Shown here: piece by piece, positions 1 through 9,373 of the stretch | Position numbering within the stretch: the first letter of the stretch is position 1 | How the letters are laid out: each line of letters begins with the position of its first letter | NCBI GenBank assembly: GCA_965215195.1 | Contig: CBDCDC010000001.1 | Span: 960,001 to 1,024,000 of the forward strand | Direction of reading: 5' to 3' | DNA: 64,000 nucleotides | Origin: Candidatus Latescibacterota bacterium | GTDB lineage: Bacteria > Latescibacterota > UBA2968 > UBA8231 | Program-made: the position numbers and the translations under genes | Notes under the pieces: model-generated | What the model saw: only the letters and a program-made list of their open reading frames with translations | What the model was told of the DNA's origin: nothing | Databases searched by the model: none

Positions 1-912
1 ATCGGCCCCACCGGCACCGGCAAGACCGAGCTGGCCAAAACCCTCGCCAAATTCCTGCAAGTCCCCTTCTCCATTGCCGACGCCACCATTCTCACCGAGG
101 CCGGCTACGTAGGCGAGGACGTGGAGAACATCCTCGTGGGTCTTTTGCAAGCGGCCGACTACGACGTGCCCCGCGCCGAAAAGGGCATCCTCTATCTCGA
201 CGAGGTCGACAAAATAGCCCGCAAGAGTGCCACGCCTTCGGTCGGCCGCGACGTGTCGGGCGAGGGCGTGCAGCAAGCACTGCTCAAAATTTTGGAGGGC
301 ACCACCGCCAACATCCCGCCCAAGGGGGGCCGCAAGCACCCCGAGCAGCCCATGATCCAGATGGACACCCGCAACATCCTCTTCGTCTGCGGCGGGGCCT
401 TCGAGGGGCTAGACAAGGTCATCAGCCAACGAGTCGGCAAGCGCACCATGGGCTTTGGGGCCGATGGCGACGATGAGCACCACTCCGACGCCCCAGACGT
501 ATTGCCGCTGGTGCAGCCCGAAGATCTGCTGGCCTACGGCATGATCCCCGAATTTGTCGGCCGCGTACCGGTAATCACCACCATGGACGCGCTCGCCGAG
601 GACGACTTGTTCCGCATCCTCACCGAGCCGCACGACGCCATCATCAAGCAGTTGCAGCGACTCTTCGCCATGGACGGGGTCGAGGTCGAATTCACCGAGG
701 AAGCCCTGCGCAAGATAGTGGCCCTGACCGTTCACAAGGGCACGGGGGCCCGCGGCCTGCGCTCCGTCTTAGAGCAGGCCATGATGGACATCATGTTCGA
801 CATTCCCTCTCAGGAGGGCGTGACGCGCCTGCAAATTACGGGCGAGATGATCGAGCGCGGGATCGCGCAGTACAGCAGCGAAGACGAAGAGATGCGGCGC
901 AAACGCGCCTAA
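1..912 (+). CDS. clpX: ATP-dependent Clp protease ATP-binding subunit ClpX (5' partial, begins before window)
   Basis: Frame 1 is open from base 1: Walker [10 protein letters not shown], then [16 protein letters not shown], Walker [34 protein letters not shown] loop and TGARGLR; lies directly upstream of engB as is usual. Confidence 0.97.
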   Translation: MGPTGTGKTELAKTLAKFLQVPFSIADATILTEAGYVGEDVENILVGLLQAADYDVPRAEKGILYLDEVDKIARKSATPSVGRDVSGEGVQQALLKILEGTTANIPPKGGRKHPEQPMIQMDTRNILFVCGGAFEGLDKVISQRVGKRTMGFGADGDDEHHSDAPDVLPLVQPEDLLAYGMIPEFVGRVPVITTMDALAEDDLFRILTEPHDAIIKQLQRLFAMDGVEVEFTEEALRKIVALTVHKGTGARGLRSVLEQAMMDIMFDIPSQEGVTRLQITGEMIERGIAQYSSEDEEMRRKRA

Positions 913-928
913 TCTCCGAGCACCGGCC

Positions 929-1522
929 ATGCGCTTTTCCTCTGTCGAATTCAAAATTGGCGCTGTCCGCACGGCCGATCTGCCCACGGATGGCTTGCCC
1001 GAAATCGCCTTAGTGGGCCGCTCCAACGTCGGCAAGTCTTCCCTGATCAACAGGTTGGTGCAGCGCAAGAAGCTGGCGCGCACCAGCACCGTGCCCGGCA
1101 AGACCCAGCAGTTGAACTACTATCTGGCCAACGAGCGGTTCTACTTGGTCGATCTGCCCGGCTACGGGTACGTGCGCGGCGGCGTGGGCTTGCGCTTGCA
1201 GCTCGGCCAGCTCATCCGCAGCTACATGACCAACCGCGCGGCCTTGTGCGCGGTGTTGCAGCTCGTCGATGCCCGGCGCGGCCCCACCGATTTGGATCGG
1301 CAGATGATCGACGAATTGCGCGCGCTCGACAAGCCCTTCCTCTTGGTCTTTACCAAAGCGGACAAACTGTCGCGCAACAAGCTGCAACGCTTATTCGACC
1401 AGCTCAATGACCAAGGATCGCTCGCCGGCCTTTCCTTTGTGTCCTTCTCGGCGGTTGACGGCCGCGGGCGGAACGACATTACCGGGTGGATCGCCGAGTC
1501 GCTAGTCAGCACCGCAGCCTAA
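929..1522 (+). CDS. engB: Ribosome biogenesis GTP-binding protein YihA/YsxC (EngB)
   Basis: GRSNVGKSSLIN (G1), PGKT (G2), DLPGYG (G3), TKADK (G4). Confidence 0.96.
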   Translation: MRFSSVEFKIGAVRTADLPTDGLPEIALVGRSNVGKSSLINRLVQRKKLARTSTVPGKTQQLNYYLANERFYLVDLPGYGYVRGGVGLRLQLGQLIRSYMTNRAALCAVLQLVDARRGPTDLDRQMIDELRALDKPFLLVFTKADKLSRNKLQRLFDQLNDQGSLAGLSFVSFSAVDGRGRNDITGWIAESLVSTAA

Positions 1523-1530
1523 AGAAGCCT

Positions 1531-3111
1531 ATGAAAGTACTGATCAGCGACAAGATGGACCCCCGCTGCGTCGAGATCCTCGAAGCCAACGACGGGATTG
1601 CAGTTGACGTGCGCAGTGGGTTGTCGCCGAGCGCGCTCCTAGACTGCATTGGCGCCTACGAGGGACTCGTCGTGCGCAGCGCGACCAAGGTGCCGGCCGA
1701 AGTGCTCGCGGCCGCGCCGCGTCTGCGGGTCATTGGCCGCGCCGGCACGGGCTTCGACAACATCGACGTAGAGGCGGCAACGCGCCACGGCGTCATCGTC
1801 ATGAACACCCCGGGCGGCAATTCCCTATCGACCGCCGAGCACACCTTCGCGCTCATAGCCTCGCTTGCGCGGCACATCCCACAGGCGACAGCCTCGCTTA
1901 AAAAGGGGCTGTGGGAACGGAGCCAATTCGTCGGCGTTGAGCTGGCGGGCAAGACCCTCGCCGTGGTCGGCTTGGGCCGAGTGGGGAGGGAAGTGGCCGC
2001 ACGTGCGACAGCTTTTCACATGCAGGTTCTCGGCTACGATCCCTACATTGGCCAAGAGGTCGCCCTCGCCTGCGGCGCACATCTGGCGTCCCTCGACGAG
2101 CTCTACGCTACCGCTGATTTTATTACCGTCCACACCCATCTCAGCGACCAGACCCGGCACCTGATTTCCGACGCCGAGATCGCCCAGTGCAAAGACGGGG
2201 TCTATCTAATCAACTGCGCCCGCGGCGGCATCATCGACGAGGCCGCCCTCCTGCGCGGCTTGAACTCGGGCAAGGTCGCCGGTGCCGCCTTAGACGTCTT
2301 TGAGGAGGAGCCACCGACCCTCGCGGATCTCTTGGTTGACGACCGCGTGATCTGTACGCCGCACTTGGCGGCCTCCACCAAGGAAGCCCAAGCCAACGTC
2401 GCCTTACAGGTAGCCGAGCAGGTCGGCGACGCCCTGACGGGCCGCGTCATTCGCAACGCAGTCAACGCCCCCTCGCTCGATCCCGAAATCCACGCCAAGC
2501 TACAGCCCTATCTCGTGCTGGCCGAGCGGTTGGGGCGACTGCAAGCCCAACTCGGCGAGGGACAGCTAGAGCGCATCACCATCGAATACCAAGGCGACGT
2601 CACCGCCTACCCGACCTCGCCCCTGACTTCAGCCGTGCTCGAGGGCATTATGGAGACCGTCTCGGACGCGGCCGTCAATGTGGTCAACGCGCTGCTTTTC
2701 GCCCAAGAGCGCGGCGTACAAGTCGATGAGCGGCTCAGCAGCGAGCACGAGGACTACGCCAGTCTCATCACCGTGGTATACCATACCAACAAGGGGCAGC
2801 GCCTGCTCGCCGGGACGCTCTTCGGCAAGAGCGACCCGCGCCTCGTGCGCCTCGACGAGTACAGCTTCGACGCCGTTCCAGAGGGGCACATGCTCTTTTA
2901 CATCAACGACGATGTCCCGGGCATCATCGGCCAAATCGGCACGGTCATGGGCAGCCACGAGGTCAACATCGCCCAAATGTCGTGCGGGCGTCGCCAAATG
3001 GGCGGCCAAGCCCTGACCATCCTCAACGTCGATGACCCGATCACCACCGACATAGTTGACGATATTCTCTCTCGGGAGTACATCTCCTGGGCCAAACAAG
3101 TCAGTCTTTAA
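1531..3111 (+). CDS. serA: D-3-phosphoglycerate dehydrogenase (long form with ASB and ACT domains)
   Basis: Start refined to ATG 1531 (MKVLISD); VRSATKV, IGRAGTGFDNID, GLGRVG, INCARGGII, TPHLAAST, C-terminal ACT motif DVPGIIGQIG. Confidence 0.95.
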   Translation: MKVLISDKMDPRCVEILEANDGIAVDVRSGLSPSALLDCIGAYEGLVVRSATKVPAEVLAAAPRLRVIGRAGTGFDNIDVEAATRHGVIVMNTPGGNSLSTAEHTFALIASLARHIPQATASLKKGLWERSQFVGVELAGKTLAVVGLGRVGREVAARATAFHMQVLGYDPYIGQEVALACGAHLASLDELYATADFITVHTHLSDQTRHLISDAEIAQCKDGVYLINCARGGIIDEAALLRGLNSGKVAGAALDVFEEEPPTLADLLVDDRVICTPHLAASTKEAQANVALQVAEQVGDALTGRVIRNAVNAPSLDPEIHAKLQPYLVLAERLGRLQAQLGEGQLERITIEYQGDVTAYPTSPLTSAVLEGIMETVSDAAVNVVNALLFAQERGVQVDERLSSEHEDYASLITVVYHTNKGQRLLAGTLFGKSDPRLVRLDEYSFDAVPEGHMLFYINDDVPGIIGQIGTVMGSHEVNIAQMSCGRRQMGGQALTILNVDDPITTDIVDDILSREYISWAKQVSL

Positions 3112-3126
3112 GCACGGGAGTACGCA

Positions 3127-4407
3127 ATGCCAGCGAAAATAGTATTAGGAGCGCAGTGGGGAGACGAGGCCAAGGCCAAGGTCGTCGATTACCTCGCGTC
3201 CGCAGCCGACGTGGTGGTGCGCTATCAGGGCGGGGCCAACGCCGGCCACACGGTCGTCGTCGGCTCCACCAAGTTCGTCTTCCACATCATTCCTTCGGGC
3301 ATCTTGCACGAGGGCAAAATCTGCGTGGTGGGCAACGGAGTGGTCGTCGATCCAGCCACCATGCTCGACGAGATCGCCGCGCTGGAGGCCAAGGGCTTTT
3401 CAGTGGCCGGCCGCTTCTTCGTCAGCCAAGTTGCCCACGTCGTAATGCCCTACCACAAGGTCTTGGAAAAGGCCGGGGAAGAGAGCGAAAACGGCGTCGC
3501 CATCGGCACGACCGGGCGCGGCATTGGCCCGGCTTACCGCGACAAAGCCGAGCGCAGCCACGGGGTGCGCGTCATGGATTTGTGCGACCCGGCGCGTTTG
3601 CGCGACAAGCTCCGGGCCAGCATCCGCGCCAAAAACGAAATCCTAACCAAGGTCTTCGGCCAAGAGCCGCTGGAGGCCGGCCCCATCATTGACGCGTACA
3701 TCAGCTACGGCGAGCGGTTCGCCCCATACATCGCCGACACCTCGGTCCTGCTCAACCAAGCCCTCGACCAAGGCCAAACCGTCCTCTGCGAAGGGGCGCA
3801 AGGGACCTTGCTCGACATCGACCACGGCACCTATCCCTACGTCACCTCCTCAAACACCACCGCGGGCGGGGCCTGCACCGGCACTGGCATCGGCCCCACG
3901 CGGATAGCCGAGGTAGTAGGCGTGGCCAAAGCGTACACCACGCGAGTGGGCAACGGGCCTTTTCCCACCGAGTTGTTGGGGGAAGAAGGCGAGCGTTTGC
4001 GCGCCTTGGGCCGCGAGTTCGGGGCCACTACCGGCCGGGCGCGGCGCTGCGGTTGGTTTGACGCCGCCATCTTGCGAGTCGCGGCCCGCATCAACGGCCT
4101 GACCAGTATCGCCCTGACCCGGCTCGACGTACTCGACCAATGCGACCGCCTCAAATTGGGCATTGGCTACCGCTGCGGCGACCAAGTGCTGGAGGAATTC
4201 CCCGCCGACCCGCAGGTACTCGACCAATGCGAGCCGATTTACGAAGAAATGGCCGGTTGGTGCGCTCCGACTACGGCCGCCCGCTGTTTCGACGATCTGC
4301 CGCCGCAAGCGCAGGCTTACGTGGAGCGGATCGCCGAGCTGGGCCGAGTGCCGGTCTCCCTGATTTCCGTAGGGCCGGAGCGCGAAGCCACCATCCCCCT
4401 CGCCTGA
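3127..4407 (+). CDS. purA: Adenylosuccinate synthetase
   Basis: GAQWGDEAK, QGGANAGHT, IGTTGRGIGPAY, EGAQG, GTYPYVTSS, EFGATTGRARRCGW. Confidence 0.98.
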   Translation: MPAKIVLGAQWGDEAKAKVVDYLASAADVVVRYQGGANAGHTVVVGSTKFVFHIIPSGILHEGKICVVGNGVVVDPATMLDEIAALEAKGFSVAGRFFVSQVAHVVMPYHKVLEKAGEESENGVAIGTTGRGIGPAYRDKAERSHGVRVMDLCDPARLRDKLRASIRAKNEILTKVFGQEPLEAGPIIDAYISYGERFAPYIADTSVLLNQALDQGQTVLCEGAQGTLLDIDHGTYPYVTSSNTTAGGACTGTGIGPTRIAEVVGVAKAYTTRVGNGPFPTELLGEEGERLRALGREFGATTGRARRCGWFDAAILRVAARINGLTSIALTRLDVLDQCDRLKLGIGYRCGDQVLEEFPADPQVLDQCEPIYEEMAGWCAPTTAARCFDDLPPQAQAYVERIAELGRVPVSLISVGPEREATIPLA

Positions 4408-4410
4408 GCC

Positions 4411-5322
4411 ATGCTACTCAAGCCTGCATCCGCCGAGTCCAAGCCGCGCGTCTTGCGCCGCCTGATGGCCGAGAAGACCCTGACCTTGCCCGGGGCCTTC
4501 AACGCACCCGTGGCCATGCTAGCCGAGCGCACCGGGTTTGAGGCCGTGTACATTTCCGGGGCCGGGCTGGCCAACGGCACGGCCGGCTACCCGGACGTCG
4601 GCCTGTTGGGCATGGACGAAATGGCGCGTCAAGCCGGTTACATTGCCAATGCGGTGCAAGTGCCCTGCATCTGCGATGCGGACACTGGGTTCGGCGAGGT
4701 CTGGCAGGTGATGCGCACGGTGCGCGCGTACGAGCGCGAGGGCTTGGCCGGGTTGCACTTAGAGGACCAAGTCATGCCCAAGCGCTGCGGCCACCTCGAC
4801 GGCAAGGCCCTGATCGGGGCCGAGGAAATGGAGCGCAAAATTGCTGCGGCCTGCGCGGCGCGGCAGGACCCGGACTTTGTGATCATCGCCCGCTGCGACG
4901 CCCGCGCTGTCGAGGGCTTTGCACAGAGCGTTGAGCGCGGTCGCCGCTACTTGGCAGCCGGCGCGGACGCCGTCTTTCCCGAGGCCATGCAGAGCACCGA
5001 GGAATTCGCCCGCTACGCCGCGCAAGTCAAAGGCCTGCTTCTCGCCAACATGACCGAATTCGGCAAATCGCCGTACCTATCGGTCGCGGAGTTCGCCGCC
5101 ATGGGATATTGCCTCGTGATTTTCCCTATGAGCGCCTTTCGCGCGATGATGAAGGCCGTCGAAGGGCTGTTCCGCGAACTCAAGGAAAAGGGCACTTTAG
5201 AAGGTGCCCTCGGGCAGATGCAGACGCGGGAGGAGCTCTACGAACTGCTTGGCTACGACGAGTATACCAAACTAGACGCGGCGTTGGCCGCCCGCTTTCC
5301 ATTGCACGGAGAGAACCAATGA
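4411..5322 (+). CDS. prpB: 2-methylisocitrate lyase
   Basis: DADTGFG, LEDQVMPKRCGHLDGK, ANMTEFGKSP; clustered with a prpC-like synthase. Confidence 0.92.
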   Translation: MLLKPASAESKPRVLRRLMAEKTLTLPGAFNAPVAMLAERTGFEAVYISGAGLANGTAGYPDVGLLGMDEMARQAGYIANAVQVPCICDADTGFGEVWQVMRTVRAYEREGLAGLHLEDQVMPKRCGHLDGKALIGAEEMERKIAAACAARQDPDFVIIARCDARAVEGFAQSVERGRRYLAAGADAVFPEAMQSTEEFARYAAQVKGLLLANMTEFGKSPYLSVAEFAAMGYCLVIFPMSAFRAMMKAVEGLFRELKEKGTLEGALGQMQTREELYELLGYDEYTKLDAALAARFPLHGENQ

Positions 5323-5519
5323 AGTATCAGCTAACGGCTTTTATTAGACGCGAGGGCAATGGCTATGTCTCTCTATGTCCTGAATTAGATGTAGCAAGCC
5401 AAGGAAAGACCATTGAAGAAGCGCGGTGTAATTTACAAGAAGCCGTGGATTTGTTTTTGGAATGTGCGTCGCCTGAAGAAGTCGAGGATCGCCTGCAACT
5501 TGAGGTAGCTGTTGGCTAA
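5319..5519 (+). CDS. hicB: HicB-family antitoxin (short RNase H-like form)
   Basis: MKYQLTAFIRREGNGYVSLCPELDVASQGKTIEEARCNLQEAVDLF; ATGA overlap with the prpB stop; lower GC than flanks. Confidence 0.85.
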   Translation: MKYQLTAFIRREGNGYVSLCPELDVASQGKTIEEARCNLQEAVDLFLECASPEEVEDRLQLEVAVG

Positions 5520-5706
5520 AGTGCAGCCTCTTTCTGGCAGGGCCGTGTGTACCACCAAGCACGGTTTTGCAGAGAGCCGCATCATGCAGCGCAAACTCAA
5601 AACTGGCACGATTACAGTACCCGTGCCAGACCACAAGGAATTGCACCTAGGTACGCTGAGTTCGATAATTCGCCAGTCCGGTGTGCCGCGATCTGCCTTT
5701 GAATAG
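5512..5706 (+). pseudogene. hicA: HicA-family toxin, apparently degenerate (no GSH catalytic motif)
   Basis: TTG start after GAGGT; LSGRAVC..HGF...TVPVPDHKEL..GTLSSIIRQSG is HicA-like, but the expected R-x-GSH segment is absent (GFAESRIMQ). Confidence 0.7.
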
Positions 5707-5782
5707 TGGACCGCTGCTCCAATGCAACCTCGCTACTTGAGCATCCAACCCACGACCAACACTTCCCATAGAGAGATACAAA

Positions 5783-6913
5783 ATGACCGCCAAAGCCTAT
5801 AGCCCCGGCCTCGAAGGCGTCATCGCCGGCGAGTCCGCCCTTTCGCGCATCGATATCGATATCAACCGCCTGATCCTGCACGGTTACGACCTAGTCGAAC
5901 TGACGGAGAACGCCTCCTACGAAGAAGTCGCCTACTTGCTGCTCTACGGCGAGTTGCCGACAGTCGCCGAGTTGGCAGGATTTAACCAACAACTGCGCTC
6001 GAAGCGCGATTTGCCCGGCCCGGTCGTCGCTCTGTTGCGCTCCGCGCCGGCGGACGCCCACCCCATGGACCTGTTGCGCACGGCCGTATCGTCCCTAGCG
6101 TTTTTCGACGCCGAGACCCCCGACAACAGCCACGATGCCAACGTGCGCAAGGCCGTGCGCTTGCTGGCCAAAATTCCCACCGCACTCGCCTACGGCTATC
6201 GCTTCTCGCAGGGCCTAGCGCCGGTAGGTCCCGACGCCGAGCTAGACCACGCGGCCAATTTGCTCTACATGCTGCGCGGCGAAACACCGCCCGCGTACGA
6301 AGTAGAGGCCATGAACACTTCGCTGATCCTCTACGCCGAGCACGGATACAACGCCTCCACGTTTACCGCGCGGGTGGTAGCCTCAACCCTCGCCGACCTG
6401 TACGCGGCCATAACCGCGGCCATCGGCGCTCTCCACGGCCCCTTGCACGGCGGTGCCAACGAGGCCGCCATGCACATGCTCTTGGAGGTAGATTCGCCCG
6501 CAGCGGCCGAGCAGTGGGTCCTCGACGCGCTGGCGCAAAAGAAGAAGATCATGGGCTTTGGCCATCGGGAGTACAAAAGCGGCGACTCGCGGGTGCCGAC
6601 GATGAAGAAGGTTGGCCGCCAGATCGCCGCAGCCATCGGCGACACCAAGTGGCCGGACTTAGCTGACGTAGTCGAAGCGACGATGATGCGCGAAAAAGGC
6701 ATCTTCCCCAACGTCGATTTCCCCTGCGCGTACACCTACTACATCATGGGCATCCCGATCCCGCTCTACACCCCCATCTTCGTGGCCAGCCGCGTGGTGG
6801 GCTGGGCGGCGCACGTGATCGAACAGCACGACGCCAATCGGCTCATCCGCCCCAACCACATCTACACCGGGCCAGAGCATCGTGCGTTTGTCGCGCTCGG
6901 CGAGCGGGGCTGA
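5783..6913 (+). CDS. prpC: 2-methylcitrate synthase / citrate synthase
   Basis: PGLEGV, YAEHGYNASTF, GPLHGGANE, IMGFGHR, PNVDF; next to prpB. Confidence 0.9.
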   Translation: MTAKAYSPGLEGVIAGESALSRIDIDINRLILHGYDLVELTENASYEEVAYLLLYGELPTVAELAGFNQQLRSKRDLPGPVVALLRSAPADAHPMDLLRTAVSSLAFFDAETPDNSHDANVRKAVRLLAKIPTALAYGYRFSQGLAPVGPDAELDHAANLLYMLRGETPPAYEVEAMNTSLILYAEHGYNASTFTARVVASTLADLYAAITAAIGALHGPLHGGANEAAMHMLLEVDSPAAAEQWVLDALAQKKKIMGFGHREYKSGDSRVPTMKKVGRQIAAAIGDTKWPDLADVVEATMMREKGIFPNVDFPCAYTYYIMGIPIPLYTPIFVASRVVGWAAHVIEQHDANRLIRPNHIYTGPEHRAFVALGERG

Positions 6914-6915
6914 CC

Positions 6916-7440
6916 TCAGTCGCGCACTCTGAGCAACCAAGATCGCATAGCGAGCAAGAAACCCTGCACTGCATCGCTCCGGTAGTCGGGATACGTCCAC
7001 TCTAAAGGTCGATAGCGTCCTCGCTGATAGAGCAGGGTCACTTCGGCGTAGAGCTGCGGGGCAATGCAGATGCGGTGGCCAGCGCATTTGGTCGTGGCCA
7101 GCACCAAGCTCTCGATTGAGAGCAGGCCTGGGTCGATGTTGGCGCGGCGGCACTGTCCTCGGCTCATCGCCCGTTCCAACGCCATGGTCTGCGCCTTGAC
7201 AGCCGCCAGCTCGGCCGGGTCGATCTGCTGCTCAAAGCACACGAGCTGTTTGCGCAGCCCCGCGCCCATTTCCGCTTCGTAGTACGAGGTAAAATCAAAA
7301 TCATAGATATCACTGGCCCCGTACGGGAGACCGAAGCACTCGACGAGACCGATTTTGGCGTCGGCGAACGCATCAGCGGAATCGGCCAATATCGCGCAAA
7401 CTAAGGCGACGGGCGTGGAGGGTTGGAGATCAATGGGCAA
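6916..7440 (-). CDS. DUF4416 family protein
   Basis: FDFTSYYEAEMGAGL, RRANIDPGLL, LVLATTK..HRI, YAEVTL, WTYPDY motifs recalled for DUF4416. Confidence 0.8.
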   Translation of the reverse strand: MPIDLQPSTPVALVCAILADSADAFADAKIGLVECFGLPYGASDIYDFDFTSYYEAEMGAGLRKQLVCFEQQIDPAELAAVKAQTMALERAMSRGQCRRANIDPGLLSIESLVLATTKCAGHRICIAPQLYAEVTLLYQRGRYRPLEWTYPDYRSDAVQGFLLAMRSWLLRVRD

Positions 7441-7470
7441 GGGGTGGGATTGGGCAGGCAGTGGAGGGGT

Positions 7471-8604
7471 TCAATCCGAGTCGTCTGGCCAGATGTCTTC
7501 GAGTATAATACGTTCGCCAGTGTGTACACCTTGTATTATTACGTGCGAATCCCACATAGGGCGCACGATGTCATTCATCATGCCCTGTGGCACCTGTACG
7601 GTGTGTATTTTCTGGCCATCAATAACTTGTATGACACTGCTGTCTTCGCGCATCGCATCCGCGTGGCGTAATATCCCGCGTATTTCTATAGGTTCGGTTA
7701 GAGTTTGCTGCGACTCAACCCGCGGCGACGATGAAAATTCTGTCGGCGGTGATGGAAGTTCCGCCGCCGGCATGGTAAGCCCTACAGAACGTTGTACTCC
7801 GTCGCGAATTGTGGTAAAACCTACTTGGCTGATTCGTGCGCCATCGGGCGCAATTTTTCTTGCCAGACCAAAGAAGTTTCGCAGATAAGCGGGGTCGGGA
7901 ATACGCTTCTGTATTTCGATTATGTGGGACCTGTTGATCAACCTAAGTAACTCCATGAACTCATCGATGATAGCAGCCATCTCAAGCATTCCCGGCAAAG
8001 ACAGTTGGAGTGGCCGGCCGAATTTAAGCGTCACTGCAAAACTCCCGCTCCTAGGTACGGAAATCAGCGTCTGATAATTTTCCCGTATTCCTTTTTGTAC
8101 ACTCCCTCTCTCCCGGAAAGGCCGGTTTTGCTTTCGCTCAACGGTGCGGTAAATCAGTTTTGCGGAGCTACTGATGCGCTCATACATTTCCTCCGCCTTG
8201 ACAAGACCATTTCCCACTTCTTGACCTGAGAGGCTCAACTGAATCTCATCCTCCTGCAAAGTAATGCCTTTCAGGTTGAGGTGCCTTTGGAAGTGAATCT
8301 GATCCCAAAGGTCGCGCAACTCCTCAGCAATCTCTGGATGCGGTTCCTGCGCCAGAGCAGTGGCTACTATTTGCTCGGCTTGGCGAAACTGCTGGCAATC
8401 CAATGCCAAGGTGCCAGCGCTGCGATGCAACACTGCCCAAGCCAACCCGTCTGTTTTGTCCAGTTCGTCAATGGCAGCCAATTCATAGTGAAGTGCCTGC
8501 TCAAAATACACTAGTGAGTCTTCCGCATTACCGCGCGCCCGTTTTTTAAGGCCGAGGTCTGCAAATTCCATAGCTTTTTTGTGGAGATCATTAACTGAGT
8601 TCAT
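7471..8604 (-). CDS. Hypothetical protein: N-terminal TPR-like helical domain plus uncharacterised C-terminal extension
   Basis: 377-aa ORF; LHKKAMEFAD, VLHRSAGTLA, PHPEIAEELRDL helical N-terminus; ATGA-coupled to the upstream nuclease-like gene; lower GC. Confidence 0.75.
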   Translation of the reverse strand: MNSVNDLHKKAMEFADLGLKKRARGNAEDSLVYFEQALHYELAAIDELDKTDGLAWAVLHRSAGTLALDCQQFRQAEQIVATALAQEPHPEIAEELRDLWDQIHFQRHLNLKGITLQEDEIQLSLSGQEVGNGLVKAEEMYERISSSAKLIYRTVERKQNRPFRERGSVQKGIRENYQTLISVPRSGSFAVTLKFGRPLQLSLPGMLEMAAIIDEFMELLRLINRSHIIEIQKRIPDPAYLRNFFGLARKIAPDGARISQVGFTTIRDGVQRSVGLTMPAAELPSPPTEFSSSPRVESQQTLTEPIEIRGILRHADAMREDSSVIQVIDGQKIHTVQVPQGMMNDIVRPMWDSHVIIQGVHTGERIILEDIWPDDSD

Positions 8605-9113
8605 TTCTTTTTTACTGCGGCAAGCGGCCGTCCGAATTCAACCACGATTGCGTAAGCTGGTAGTTCCAGAGCATTCGACCGGTTCATCTGGCGCAATTTC
8701 TGCTTCACTCTCGTCCTAACTTGGCCATCATTACCTTTGCGGATGCCGGATACTTCCATCCTTGCTCTGAAGTCTAGTTCACCATCCCCGAGCCAATAAT
8801 CGAATCCTGTACCCTTTCGTGAACGCGCTACAACCACGTAACCGATTTCCCGACTTGCCAGTAGGACAGCAATGCCGGCAGCACCGTCTTCGGTAGCTTC
8901 CTCATCGTCGCTCCAAGTCCGGCGGGCTTGGTCAGTGATCGGCAGCCAATCTAGCCGATAACTATTGTTAGCGGCACTACGGACAATAAGGCGAGCACCC
9001 GGTGCATGACCCTGAGATTCTAGGCAAACGGCTCCGGCTTCGGCCAACTCGTTGCCCTTTGCTCGTGAGATACCGGGGATGTCATCAGTGTTCAGTTCGT
9101 TCAAATCCAGCAT
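8601..9113 (-). CDS. Putative PD-(D/E)xK-like nuclease (170 aa)
   Basis: Start refined to ATG 9113 (MLDLNEL); EATEDGA...KGTGFDYWL...RMEVSG...IVVEF resembles a restriction-endonuclease-fold active site (E...D...ExS). Confidence 0.6.
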   Translation of the reverse strand: MLDLNELNTDDIPGISRAKGNELAEAGAVCLESQGHAPGARLIVRSAANNSYRLDWLPITDQARRTWSDDEEATEDGAAGIAVLLASREIGYVVVARSRKGTGFDYWLGDGELDFRARMEVSGIRKGNDGQVRTRVKQKLRQMNRSNALELPAYAIVVEFGRPLAAVKKK

Positions 9114-9373
9114 GTACCAATCCAGAGAGTTGGATAATGCGATTACTCTGGTTAGACGGTTAATGGGCGGCGGTTTCGCCCGATGCAGTGGCCTTTGAAT
9201 AGGGAGTTTTGGTCCGTTAGTCAAGTAATATAATTCCTTTTGAACATCGGCAAGTCGGCAAATATCGCTGTATGGTCTCCGTGTTCCGGCGTTCTCTTTA
9301 GCTTGTACTCGTTGCGTTTCCAGTGCAAATCCTAGACATTGATCACCAGAAACTACCACTGGGAAAGGCCACT

